From assembly GCA_964291315.2 (NCBI GenBank), contig OZ219753.1, forward strand, positions 2,944,001-3,008,000: a DNA stretch of 64,000 nt, in the 5' to 3' direction. Source of the stretch: Candidatus Poribacteria bacterium. Lineage in GTDB: Bacteria; Poribacteria; WGA-4E; WGA-3G. The position numbers were made by a program, and so were the translations under genes. Shown here in pieces: positions 48,198 to 57,351 of this stretch. Below the pieces are notes generated by a model. That model did no database searches and was not told the DNA's origin. It saw only the letters and a list, made by a program, of their open reading frames with translations. Numbering within the stretch: the stretch's first letter is position 1; every line of letters begins with the position of its first letter.

Positions 48198-49205
48198 TTA
48201 ATACCGCTGGTCTGCCAGACTATGCAGACTCATCACCTCATTTCCGCGCGGGTCGATGACTTTGACAGCGACCTGTTTATGCGGTCCGGGACGGAACGGG
48301 AACGACGTTGTGCCGCTGAAACGCTCAAACTGCTCTTCGTCAATAACGCCTCTCAAGGCACGGGCGATCTTCTTCCACGCGGTCTTGTCCGGAAAGAAGG
48401 CTTGTGTGATGCAGAACGTGCGCCCATCGTAGTCGGTATCCACAAACCACGCCGCCACCTTATCCGCACCCGCAGAGCGCACGGTGTTGTCTGACGGGTC
48501 GTAGATGTCCACGCCCTCCATCTTGACAATATATTCCTCTTCGCCGGCTTCCTCAAGGGTTGTGCGGGGCATTCCGAAGACGGTAAAGAGCTGGGTTGAG
48601 GGTGTCTGCTTGAGGAGTCCGCCCATTGCGACGTCGGGGTTGATGTGTGCCATGTGGATACGGACCCTGGGGTTCGGATCGTCTTGGATAACTGCTTGTG
48701 CGGCGCCGTCAAAACTGAACCCCGCGAAGACGAGTTCATCGTAGCCGCGGCGGGAGGCGATGGGCAGACACGCCTCGACTTGCATTGCGGTGATGGGGCC
48801 GTGCTGTGGTCCAAATGCGACGGCGACGGAGGATTCAGTATCGCAGTGTTTCCAAGTGCCTTCTGCGTGGAGGATATCGGCTTCGAGGGGGTCGAGGGTG
48901 TCGAATTTCAAGGTGTTGTTATCAGGGAATCGCACGCCGTCGTGTCGGAGGTGATGTATCATCTGTTCGAGGTATGCCTCTGCATTGACTGCTTGGTGCG
49001 TGTCGGTCTCGGCATCAAAAGTAGTATCGACTTCTTCGGGTTGTGCTGCGATAGGTGAATCAAGGTCGAGCGACTCTTCTGCGGGTTGCACTGCCTCTAC
49101 GGTGAAGGGACCGGTGACGCGCACTCGTTTTCTGTCGATGTGTGGCTGATCGACAAGTTCTTCGGTTTCAGATGCTGCGGCGATGCATGCGTTGACGTCG
49201 TTCAT
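48198..49205 (-). CDS. mod: C-terminal part of the Type III-like methyltransferase (frameshifted)
   Basis: RVTGPFTVEAV, FTVFG, GVDIYDP, WFVDTDYDG and AVKVIDPRGNE motifs; frame continues upstream to the C8 tract. Confidence 0.85.
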   Translation of the reverse strand: MNDVNACIAAASETEELVDQPHIDRKRVRVTGPFTVEAVQPAEESLDLDSPIAAQPEEVDTTFDAETDTHQAVNAEAYLEQMIHHLRHDGVRFPDNNTLKFDTLDPLEADILHAEGTWKHCDTESSVAVAFGPQHGPITAMQVEACLPIASRRGYDELVFAGFSFDGAAQAVIQDDPNPRVRIHMAHINPDVAMGGLLKQTPSTQLFTVFGMPRTTLEEAGEEEYIVKMEGVDIYDPSDNTVRSAGADKVAAWFVDTDYDGRTFCITQAFFPDKTAWKKIARALRGVIDEEQFERFSGTTSFPFRPGPHKQVAVKVIDPRGNEVMSLHSLADQRY

Positions 49206-49371
49206 CTTTGCTTGCCACGCTTTGCGGTAGTCTACGAGAGCGTGTTGGAGTGGTTTTGGCCAGTCGGGGTCTGTATCGAAGGGTACTTGCCAGTCGTTCC
49301 AATGTGTATCTGGGAGGTGCCAGCGGCATCTGTCTGCGTCTGTGATGGCAGTTTTGCCGTGTTTTTTCTGC

Positions 49372-51153
49372 TTATGTTTGAGTTTTGCGAGGAGTTTTAT
49401 GCGAAGCGGGGGGGGTAATCTGTGATAAGTTGTTGTTCAGAGCATCCAACTTCTCTTTCAATATCGGCTCATGCTTGGCAAATATCGGATCCAGGGCAGT
49501 GTTTTGAGCGATACTTTTGAGGGTGATATGTGGAACCTGTTTATTGATGAAGCCACCCGCGATGCCTTTCGACTCATCCTTGAGTTTGTAGTAATCAAAG
49601 GCTCCTGTCAATAAGCGTTGTCGGGCTAGAGCAACAGCCACGCGGCTGGTATCAATCGTTATCCAGCGTCTGCCCCACTGCTCAGCAACATAGGCAGTGC
49701 TGCCGCTTCCACAAGTTGGATCGAGGACAAGATCACCGGGATCTGTGGTCATGAGAAGGCAGCGTTCAATGACTTTTGTTGAGGTTTGAACAACATATCT
49801 ACGATCATGAGCGCCTCCTACATCATTCCATAGATGATCAAGCCGCTTGACAGGAAAATCAGAATATTTCTGTACATAACCCGGCCTTACTCCAGAACCC
49901 CACACTCTGTCGGCAGCTAGCAATGACTTCATTCCAGCCTCAGTAGTTTTCCAACTGTACCGCCCTCGCTTGATAACTCGACCTTCAAAATGAAAGTCGT
50001 AGTAACAAGACTGGCCATAACCCGTAGACAACAGGTTACCAAGTGTGAATGGAACAGCACCATCCGGTAGCAGCGACGGTTTTTGCTGTTCCTCTCGAGT
50101 CATTTGACGTTTGGTTCCATCAGCTAACTCAACATATTTATATGATGTCCCTTCGCCGATATCCTTTGAGATAAACAATGGGCGGTATTTGCATTTGCTT
50201 TTGTTTATCGCAAACCACAAAATATAGTCACAACGACTAACAAGCAACTTGCTACCTAACGGGGAAGTCTTAGTAAAGGTTATCAAACTTACAAAATTCT
50301 CACTTCCGAAAACTTCGTCCATGACACACCGCACCCGATGCACATTCTCATCTCCTATCTGCACAAAAATACTGCCGCTATCGGTCAACAACTCCTTCGC
50401 AACAATCAACCGATCCCGCAGATACGCAAGATATGAGTGGATACCCAAACGCCACGTATCCCGATACGCCTTGATCTGCTCACGCTCACGCGTCAAGTCC
50501 TGGGGACGCTCTCTTACGTCCCGCTGAAAAGTGCTCGGTTGGAAGTTAGAGGCAAACTTGATACCATACGGCGGGTCTATGTAGATCATCTGCACCTTGC
50601 CTCCGAGATTTTCACGTTGTGCAAGGGAACTCATCACCGTGAGACTATCCCCAAGAATGAGGCGATTCGCCCAATCCACATCGTGCTGGTAAAAGTCAAC
50701 AGCTGTGCTGTAATCCTGCTGCGGATCAGCGAAGAGTTCACGTTGGACGTTTTGGCGCTTTGCGGTTTTCAAGATTGCTTTGCTGCTGATGCGTTCGTGG
50801 ATGTGGAGTGCCACGGGGTCGACGCTGAGGGCGGCTGTCTCCTGTTTGCCTGCCCATTCAAGCCAGGGGGCGTGGTGTCGGAGTGCCTCGGCGAGGGTCT
50901 TTGCCTCCTCTGCGGAGAGGGCGCGCTGCTGTGCGGTGTGGAGGAGTTCGGGGAGTTTGTCTGCGTCTGCGTCTGGGTCGGATCGGAGGCGGGGTGGCAG
51001 GTGTGGGTTGTATGCGTATTGCCGTTTCGGGGGCTCTTGGATCTTCCCTTGTGCGGCGATGCCTGCGGGCGGGTTATTCTTTCGCGTAGCGGTGGCGTGT
51101 CGGTAGTCAGCTACGTGTTTTTTTGTTTTGGGCGTAGTTCTTTTTTTGGACAT
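49372..51153 (-). CDS. mod: N-terminal part of the Type III-like adenine methyltransferase; stops early after the C8 tract
   Basis: NRLILGDSL, MIYIDPPYGIKF, KAYRDTW, VVQTSTKVIERCLLMTTDPGDLVLDPTCGSG and RRWITID motifs; RBS gaggag. Confidence 0.9.
   Translation of the reverse strand: MSKKRTTPKTKKHVADYRHATATRKNNPPAGIAAQGKIQEPPKRQYAYNPHLPPRLRSDPDADADKLPELLHTAQQRALSAEEAKTLAEALRHHAPWLEWAGKQETAALSVDPVALHIHERISSKAILKTAKRQNVQRELFADPQQDYSTAVDFYQHDVDWANRLILGDSLTVMSSLAQRENLGGKVQMIYIDPPYGIKFASNFQPSTFQRDVRERPQDLTREREQIKAYRDTWRLGIHSYLAYLRDRLIVAKELLTDSGSIFVQIGDENVHRVRCVMDEVFGSENFVSLITFTKTSPLGSKLLVSRCDYILWFAINKSKCKYRPLFISKDIGEGTSYKYVELADGTKRQMTREEQQKPSLLPDGAVPFTLGNLLSTGYGQSCYYDFHFEGRVIKRGRYSWKTTEAGMKSLLAADRVWGSGVRPGYVQKYSDFPVKRLDHLWNDVGGAHDRRYVVQTSTKVIERCLLMTTDPGDLVLDPTCGSGSTAYVAEQWGRRWITIDTSRVAVALARQRLLTGAFDYYKLKDESKGIAGGFINKQVPHITLKSIAQNTALDPIFAKHEPILKEKLDALNNNLSQITPPASHKTPRKTQT
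49408..49415 (-). repeat. C8 homopolymer (G8 on + strand) at the mod frameshift
   Basis: att acc ccc ccc gct leads to a stop; with C7 the frame reads TPPLRIKLLAKLK...WQVPFDTDPDWPK...AKMNDVNAC and joins the 49205 ORF. Confidence 0.85.
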
Positions 51154-51286
51154 CGTGTCTCCTCTTTTAGAAAAATTTGTGATAAACAGAAATATAAATA
51201 TAGCAGATAGGTGTTTTTAGGTCAACGGAAAAGTAAGGGGTGTGATAGGGTGGGTACCAACCTATAGGAAAAGGGGAAATTGAGAG

Positions 51287-51359
51287 CTCCCCCAGACGGA
51301 CTCGAACCGCCGACACGATGGTTAACAGCCATCTGCTCTACCAACTGAGCTATGGGGGA
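51287..51359 (-). tRNA. tRNA-Asn (GTT), CCA not encoded
   Basis: tcccccatagctcagttggtagagcagatggctGTTaaccatcgtgtcggcggttcgagtccgtctgggggag; canonical cloverleaf, 73 nt. Confidence 0.97.
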
Positions 51360-51371
51360 ATATTGGTATTA

Positions 51372-51476
51372 ATTATAACCTATTTTGCTATCGTTTGCAA
51401 ATTAAATTTCACTTTTTCTGGAGCGCGCGCGAAACAGGCTGACCTTAATTATACCCAAATTCGCGAACGCTTGCAA
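51372..51476 (-). promoter_or_regulatory. Tandem sigma70 promoters for tRNA-Asn
   Basis: Two copies of TTGCAA-17 nt-TATAAT on the minus strand (51372-51400 and 51448-51476), each preceded by aaatttaat. Confidence 0.75.
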
Positions 51477-51528
51477 ATTAAATTTGTGGGCCGTTATCCA
51501 ATAGGCAAGAACGGATTTGAATCTTAAA

Positions 51529-53868
51529 CTATTCCACAGAAAAGATGGCTGTTTTACCAGTTGCGATCCATCTTGCAAGCACGCTCTGTTCGGGAATGCT
51601 TACGTTCCTATGCTCAAACGGTTCCGCTCCGAAGTTAGCGAATATTTCCACTGTATCGCTAAACGTCGTGCGTTGGATTAATCGGTCGGGGCTTATCCAC
51701 TCGAAATGCGTCATCGGCTGTCCGCCGATTTGTCGATGCAAGGGCGAGAAGAAGGCGTAGTATCGTTTTATCCACTTTCTATGCTTTGAAAACCTAGGTA
51801 TGTTCAGATGATACAACGGCGGTACATTGTAGAGCAGCTCTAAGAGTGCTACTGTTGCGACTGCATTTTTAAACTTAAGGCTGCTGTATCCCCAATGATG
51901 CGTGGTTATCACCGAATCGTGAAACACCGTTTGGTAAAGCGGGAGACGGAAGCGAGGGTCATAATAGAGATAAAAATAACGCGATTTGAGAGGTACCTGT
52001 TTGACGTGGATTGCCGGTGCCTCGGGGGGCCAGTATCCGCCTACATAGTAAGGCGAGTTTTTGTCGTTCATATCTGGATCTCCCCAACCGATGACAGGGC
52101 TCATCATCCCGTGTGCGAAATGGATTGTTCCTGCAGCGTAGGCTGAACCGCCTTCTGAGCCGACAACTAGGTCGTGTGTATTGCGAATCCACGTCATACG
52201 TGCCAACCGCGCCTTCATGTCGTCGAGCTGAGTCGCGGGATGCGAAGGCGAATAATCGTCAAAGAGTTCACCGTAAGCGTCACAGTCTATGAACCATGAG
52301 TTAAAGCCGTTTGGCATCTGTGCAAGGATACTGTTGACGCGATTTTCGACATAAGGCTTTGCGGCGATCGGGCTTAAGTGGTAACCTTTCTGCTTAAATC
52401 CCTTGCTTTTCGTTCCATCGGCGTTGACAATCGCTCCACTTTCATAAAGGGATGCGTCGAACTGTGCGGTTTCCCATGTATCTTTTTCGTTTGGCGGGTG
52501 GATGCTGTGATAAGAGTCGTAGGGGGCAACCAAGTAGCCGAGTCTTTTCGCTTTTGCAACGGCAGCGGGGTGTCGGAACCCCTCTTGCCATGTGTCAAGA
52601 CCGAGCCAGAGTCTATCTAGTCCATTTTCTGAAAGACGTTGCAAGAGTTTGACAGAGAACCCGTCTCCCCATTCATCAGGGTGGCGTAGGACGTTCGGAA
52701 ACGCTGCGTAGAGCAGGAGAACGTTGCGGCGGTAGAGCTCCGTCAGCGAGAGTGTAGCGGGGACTCTAGAGCAGAGTTCCTGCGTTTCCGGTGTAAGAGA
52801 GATACCTAACCAAGCCGTGGGGTTGTAAAAATTTGGTTTCTCCAGCTGCTTACTTATCGCGCGGCTCATAACCCGCAGGGCGTAATTAGAAGGACGATCC
52901 GATTGGGCAATCTCTTGGAGGGCTTTCCGCGCTGCTGCGTTTAGTTGTGAAAAGAGGCGGGATTCAACGTTTTGTGCTGTCCATTGATCTCCGCCACGGT
53001 TGAGCTTTACAGCGAACGTCTTCCAATCCGTCACGTCGTATCGGCTGAGCAATTTACCACCCCAGAGGTAGGCGTGCGCAGCACCTAGCAATTTCTCTGC
53101 CTCAGGGGTCTGTTTGATCTTCTCAGCAAACGGAACGAACTCACCCTCCTGCTGTAGCCATCGTCGATATTTCTTGGCAGGTGCAACGGGCGACGCTTCA
53201 GTGAGTGATATTCGGAGTCCGTATCTTTTCTCCTCCCAATTCGGGGTGAAGGTGTGTGATACCTGCATCCCCAACGCGGCTCCTTTTTCAGTCTTATCGA
53301 ACAGAATCTGGTTGTTGAAAGGATTCGTTAAAATATAGGTGAGGGTTCTTTCCCGGAGATCCAGTCCCCAAAACGGCATAGAGAGTCCCGCCGTTGTGTT
53401 TATCGGGCCCTGTTCAGTGAGAAAATCTTGCCATGTTTGATCATGTTTCGGCACGTAGCTTCCTTCAAAAAAAGGGAAAATATAGGCGTGGATAGGCTCA
53501 GTGTCTTCGATGATCGGCCACACTAAAGTTCGCGTATCGTTTGCCGGAGCGTCCTGAACGAATTCAAAGCTGAGTGAGTCCGCTGTTAGTTGCGTATGGA
53601 GTGTCAGAAAACGTTCAGGCAATTTCCAAGTGGCGGTGTCGATTTCTTGAGAGAGAGCCGTTGCACTGCCTAATCCTGTCTGTCCGGATGAAATCCCGAT
53701 CGTGATATCGGTGTGCGCGGGATAGGCGTTGACAGCAAGCGTCTCGAGAATAATCTCAACGTCCCAGAGGTCATTGCTGAGCCGAATCTTTTCAGGCGGG
53801 ATGCCTATCCCTATAGAAGTCAGCAGAAACATCCCAACTGCTAGAAAGTAAAGCTGTGGTTTAAACAT
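51529..53868 (-). CDS. Secreted glycoside hydrolase related to GH101/GH129 (GHL1-3 type)
   Basis: Signal peptide; GAAHAYLWG, RLWLG, GYLVAPYDSYHS, FIDCDAYGELFDDYSP, GSEGG and RLPLYQTVFHDSVITTHHW motifs. Confidence 0.75.
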   Translation of the reverse strand: MFKPQLYFLAVGMFLLTSIGIGIPPEKIRLSNDLWDVEIILETLAVNAYPAHTDITIGISSGQTGLGSATALSQEIDTATWKLPERFLTLHTQLTADSLSFEFVQDAPANDTRTLVWPIIEDTEPIHAYIFPFFEGSYVPKHDQTWQDFLTEQGPINTTAGLSMPFWGLDLRERTLTYILTNPFNNQILFDKTEKGAALGMQVSHTFTPNWEEKRYGLRISLTEASPVAPAKKYRRWLQQEGEFVPFAEKIKQTPEAEKLLGAAHAYLWGGKLLSRYDVTDWKTFAVKLNRGGDQWTAQNVESRLFSQLNAAARKALQEIAQSDRPSNYALRVMSRAISKQLEKPNFYNPTAWLGISLTPETQELCSRVPATLSLTELYRRNVLLLYAAFPNVLRHPDEWGDGFSVKLLQRLSENGLDRLWLGLDTWQEGFRHPAAVAKAKRLGYLVAPYDSYHSIHPPNEKDTWETAQFDASLYESGAIVNADGTKSKGFKQKGYHLSPIAAKPYVENRVNSILAQMPNGFNSWFIDCDAYGELFDDYSPSHPATQLDDMKARLARMTWIRNTHDLVVGSEGGSAYAAGTIHFAHGMMSPVIGWGDPDMNDKNSPYYVGGYWPPEAPAIHVKQVPLKSRYFYLYYDPRFRLPLYQTVFHDSVITTHHWGYSSLKFKNAVATVALLELLYNVPPLYHLNIPRFSKHRKWIKRYYAFFSPLHRQIGGQPMTHFEWISPDRLIQRTTFSDTVEIFANFGAEPFEHRNVSIPEQSVLARWIATGKTAIFSVE

Positions 53869-53923
53869 TTGTAGATATCCACGGTGAGAGGCAGCGTTTG
53901 AAAGGTGCCTGTGTGAAAGTCCG

Positions 53924-54682
53924 CTATTTTGATAGTTCCTCCCATAAGGCGCGATAGTAATTCATGACACGCATGGGGTCAGTGCTGCCTGGGATTTCTG
54001 CAAGCGTATAACCTGCGTACCCTGACGTTTTCAAGGCGGTAAAGAGCTCGCGCCATGGATACTCGCGGCGATAGAGTTCCGTGATATGCACCAGACCGAT
54101 TTTGTCCTTCACTAGCTCAAAGTTGTTTTGGATAGAACCGTCTTCGACTTCAGCGAAGTTGGAATTCCAACAGACGTAGACGTTATCGTGGTCGGCGACA
54201 TCAATAATGGTTCGGATGTGTCGGAGTTCAGACGTGCCACTGCCGTGTACTTCCAGGCGGATCTGAACGCCGAGGTTGGCAGCGAATTCGCCACACTCTC
54301 GTAGTGCCAATCCGATTTGCACCAATGTTTTTTCGACAGGTACTTCCACGGGGAGCCCGTTCGGACGCACCTTAACGCCGGGGGCCCCGACATCCGCCGC
54401 CAGTTGCGAATACAGCTTTGTGCCTTCTATGTTCTGACGGACGATCGCTTGATCTACAACGTGATAGTCAAACGCAGAACCTAAACCGGCAATCTCAATT
54501 GGGGAATCCTCAAATTGTTGTTTCACAGCTGCTCGTTCACTTGTTGAGCGCTCGACTTCAACGCCGTGTGCATGCGTTGTCCGCAACTCCACGCCCTCGA
54601 ATCCTGTCGCCACACACGTTTCAATAATTGTAGCGATATCCCAATTTTTTGCCATGTTATATGTAACCAAACCGAGTTTCAT
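53924..54682 (-). CDS. Sugar phosphate isomerase/epimerase (xylose isomerase-like TIM barrel)
   Basis: GFEGVELR, RLEVHG, CWNSN, VHI and LAEI metal-ligand pattern. Confidence 0.85.
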   Translation of the reverse strand: MKLGLVTYNMAKNWDIATIIETCVATGFEGVELRTTHAHGVEVERSTSERAAVKQQFEDSPIEIAGLGSAFDYHVVDQAIVRQNIEGTKLYSQLAADVGAPGVKVRPNGLPVEVPVEKTLVQIGLALRECGEFAANLGVQIRLEVHGSGTSELRHIRTIIDVADHDNVYVCWNSNFAEVEDGSIQNNFELVKDKIGLVHITELYRREYPWRELFTALKTSGYAGYTLAEIPGSTDPMRVMNYYRALWEELSK

Positions 54683-54691
54683 AAACTCTCC

Positions 54692-55264
54692 TTATTCAAA
54701 AAGTTGTGCAACTTGACACGTGAATCCCTCTATAACCTCTTCACCGGTAAGCGTGTCGTCAATGGTGAGCGTTTTGATGTCCGTTTGTGAGCGATAGCAG
54801 GTTACCGTTTTCCCGACCGGTTCGATAACCCACACAAGCGGAGTGCCGGCATCCAGATAGGCAAATGCCTTTTCAACTACCCGATATTGAATATCCGTTG
54901 GTGAAACAACTTCAACGGCGAGGTCGGGCGGCACAAGGGATACCTGCCGTCTGTTCTCAGGCAACTGTGCTGTCGAAACAAACGCGATATCCGGTTTAAC
55001 TACCCGATCCCGCAGCTTGAAGTTAGTATCCGCCGGATACAAACGTCCCAACCGATGCTCACGAACATGCAAACTTAAAAGAAAACTGAGATTCATACTA
55101 ATATCCCCGTGTTCCATTGTCGGTGGTGTCATCGGTATTAATTTCCCTGTCACATATTCGTACCCCTCTAAATCGGATTGACAAAATTCATCTAGCGTCA
55201 TGTCGGTCTCTATCGGTGCAAGGGATATCGCTGCTTGTTCATAACCGTTTTTTTGGGTATTCAT
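54692..55264 (-). CDS. Uma2 family (DUF820) PD-(D/E)XK endonuclease-like protein
   Basis: YEYVTGKL, KPDIAFV, PDLAVEVVSP and YLDAGTPLVWVIEP motifs; ATG 55264 after ggagg. Confidence 0.92.
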   Translation of the reverse strand: MNTQKNGYEQAAISLAPIETDMTLDEFCQSDLEGYEYVTGKLIPMTPPTMEHGDISMNLSFLLSLHVREHRLGRLYPADTNFKLRDRVVKPDIAFVSTAQLPENRRQVSLVPPDLAVEVVSPTDIQYRVVEKAFAYLDAGTPLVWVIEPVGKTVTCYRSQTDIKTLTIDDTLTGEEVIEGFTCQVAQLFE

Positions 55265-55300
55265 CAAGGTTCCTCCGCCTTCAACGCGTGCTGTTTTCAA

Positions 55301-55329
55301 TTGCATCCCACGCGATTTTTTGCTATAAT
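55301..55329 (+). promoter_or_regulatory. Sigma70 promoter for the HTH-MBL gene
   Basis: TTGCAT-17 nt-TATAAT, 40 nt upstream of ATG 55369. Confidence 0.65.
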
Positions 55330-55368
55330 GTTCGTCAGAAGATCAAAAAGTTTAAGGAGAACCCCCAC

Positions 55369-56196
55369 ATGGCTTACGTGCTTGAAGACGAATTTGGTGA
55401 TATTATTGGTAAAGCCCGGCGCGGTCAACACCTGTCTCAGCGTCAAACCGCCACCGCTGCTGGCATCACAGAGGCAGACCTCAAGCGTATGGAAAAGTAT
55501 ACCTTAAAACCGACAGAATCGCAAGTTTTTCGGCTTGCAGCGGCACTCAATTTAGACGGAACGAAATTGCTTGATATTGCGAGAGAGGCCTGGGAGCCAG
55601 CTCCGCTTCAACAAGCAAGCGATGCGAATCTAGAGGTTATCACGATCCGTGCGCCCGTTGGGGGGTGGCCCGTGAATGCCTATCTGTTGGTATGCAATGC
55701 CAGCGATGCCGCTGCAGTTATTGACACGGCTGCACACCCGGATCTAATTTTGGCAGAAGTCGACGCGCGTGCTCTGAAACCGACTGCGATCCTCTTGACG
55801 CACGCCCACAGTGACCACACCGATGGACTACAGCAACTTCAAACCGCTATCGGATGTGAAACGTATATCCATAAGAACGAGCCGAAACCGCAGAGCAACA
55901 AACAGTTGTGTGAAGTTTCACACGCAGATACCCTCTGTGTCGGTGAACTGACAGTAACGGTTCTTAATACACCGGGACATACCCCCGGTGGCTGTAGCTT
56001 CCTCACGGAGAACACAGCATTCGTCGGGGATGCGATCTTCGCAGGTTCAATTGGGGGTCCTAATATCTCTTATCAGGCTGAAATTGAGAGCGTGCGGGAC
56101 AACCTCTTGTCGCTTCCAGCTAGGGTTAGACTTTTCCCGGGGCACGGCCCTGCCACGACTGTGGGCGATGAGAAATTACACAACCCGTTTTTCTAA
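55369..56196 (+). CDS. XRE-type HTH fused to MBL-fold metallo-hydrolase (glyoxalase II-like)
   Basis: ATG 55369 after aaggag; N-terminal KARRGQHLSQRQTATAAGI HTH; THAHSDH, PGHT, GD and PGHG motifs. Confidence 0.85.
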   Translation: MAYVLEDEFGDIIGKARRGQHLSQRQTATAAGITEADLKRMEKYTLKPTESQVFRLAAALNLDGTKLLDIAREAWEPAPLQQASDANLEVITIRAPVGGWPVNAYLLVCNASDAAAVIDTAAHPDLILAEVDARALKPTAILLTHAHSDHTDGLQQLQTAIGCETYIHKNEPKPQSNKQLCEVSHADTLCVGELTVTVLNTPGHTPGGCSFLTENTAFVGDAIFAGSIGGPNISYQAEIESVRDNLLSLPARVRLFPGHGPATTVGDEKLHNPFF

Positions 56197-56328
56197 TTTT
56201 TCGAGATATACGAATTATTTTATCATGCAGAGGCGGTTAAAATTGCGTAAAGCGGCTGGGTGATGCTTGGATCATCCGCAAGGCGCAATAAAACGGTAGC
56301 CGGATTTAATCGTAAAAAAAATAAAAAA

Positions 56329-57351
56329 TTGCTTTCGTATCTACTGCAACGTTTTCTCTCTATGGGTTTATCGCTATTAGCGGTATCGCTTCTTGTGTTT
56401 TTGATGGTACATCTGATTCCGGGCGATGCCGCTGTCGCTATTTTGGGAGAACGTGCCACCGAAAAAGCACTCACTGAACTCCGACAAGAAATGGGATTGG
56501 ACAAACCGCTCTACTACCAATATGCCAAATTCTTGTCGGATATCGCACATTTGGACTTCGGACGTTCCTTTAAAACAAAACAACCTGTCATAGACGAAAT
56601 CAGGCGCTATTTTCCCGCAACTGTTGAATTAACTCTCGCAGCGATGGCGTTTTCGATTGTTTTCGGCATCGCCGCAGGGGTGATAGCTGCCGTCTCACGT
56701 GGAACGTTTTGGGACTATTTTACCATGTCCGTCTCCCTCGCTGGAATTTCTATGCCCATTTTCTGGCTGGGTTTGATGCTTATCTTATTGTTCTCCTATT
56801 TTTTCTCGATACTTCCAAGTACAGGACGCTTGGATGTGATTTTAGATTTAGAGATTCAATCGCGCACCGGTCTCTACCTGATTGATACGCTTCTTGCGGG
56901 TAACTTTGGGGCTTTCCGCAACGCGATCGCGCATCTAATACTTCCTGCGGTCACGTTGGGCACTATCCCGTTGGCAATTATTGCCCGGATGACTCGGTCG
57001 AGTCTACTTGAGGTGCTGAATCAACCGTATATTAGGACGGCCTACGCGAAGGGTTTGTCGGGGTGGAAGGTCATCGGCAAACACGCCATGAAAAATAGTA
57101 TGGTGCCTGTTTTGACAATCATCGGATTGGAGTTTGGCTATCTCATGGGTGGGGCTATCCTGACCGAGCACATCTTCTCGTGGCCCGGGCTGGGTTCGTG
57201 GTTGCGCGCCGCCGTTGAAGCTCGCGATGTGCGCGCCGTACAAGGGGGCGTGCTTTTCGTTGCAACGGTTTTTATGGTCGTCAATCTTCTTGTGGATCTG
57301 CTGTATGTCTATTTCGATCCGCGTATCCGGGTGGAGGACGCTGCCAGATGA
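56329..57351 (+). CDS. dppB: Dipeptide/oligopeptide ABC transporter permease, DppB/OppB type
   Basis: LIPGD, GLDKPL, ISMPIFWLG and ARMTRSSLLEVL...AYAKGL motifs; TTG 56329 likely start. Confidence 0.88.
   Translation: MLSYLLQRFLSMGLSLLAVSLLVFLMVHLIPGDAAVAILGERATEKALTELRQEMGLDKPLYYQYAKFLSDIAHLDFGRSFKTKQPVIDEIRRYFPATVELTLAAMAFSIVFGIAAGVIAAVSRGTFWDYFTMSVSLAGISMPIFWLGLMLILLFSYFFSILPSTGRLDVILDLEIQSRTGLYLIDTLLAGNFGAFRNAIAHLILPAVTLGTIPLAIIARMTRSSLLEVLNQPYIRTAYAKGLSGWKVIGKHAMKNSMVPVLTIIGLEFGYLMGGAILTEHIFSWPGLGSWLRAAVEARDVRAVQGGVLFVATVFMVVNLLVDLLYVYFDPRIRVEDAAR

Larger units (their letters stand above)
43227..51286 (-). mobile_element. Possible tRNA-Asn-adjacent accessory/defence island (no integrase or att repeat seen)
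   Basis: mod-cassette-res block lies directly 3' of tRNA-Asn, between the tRNA and mutS; heterogeneous composition. Confidence 0.35.

Noticed and set aside
55117-55368. N-terminal extension of the MBL ORF in the track
   Set aside because: It overlaps the Uma2 gene; a promoter and RBS support ATG 55369
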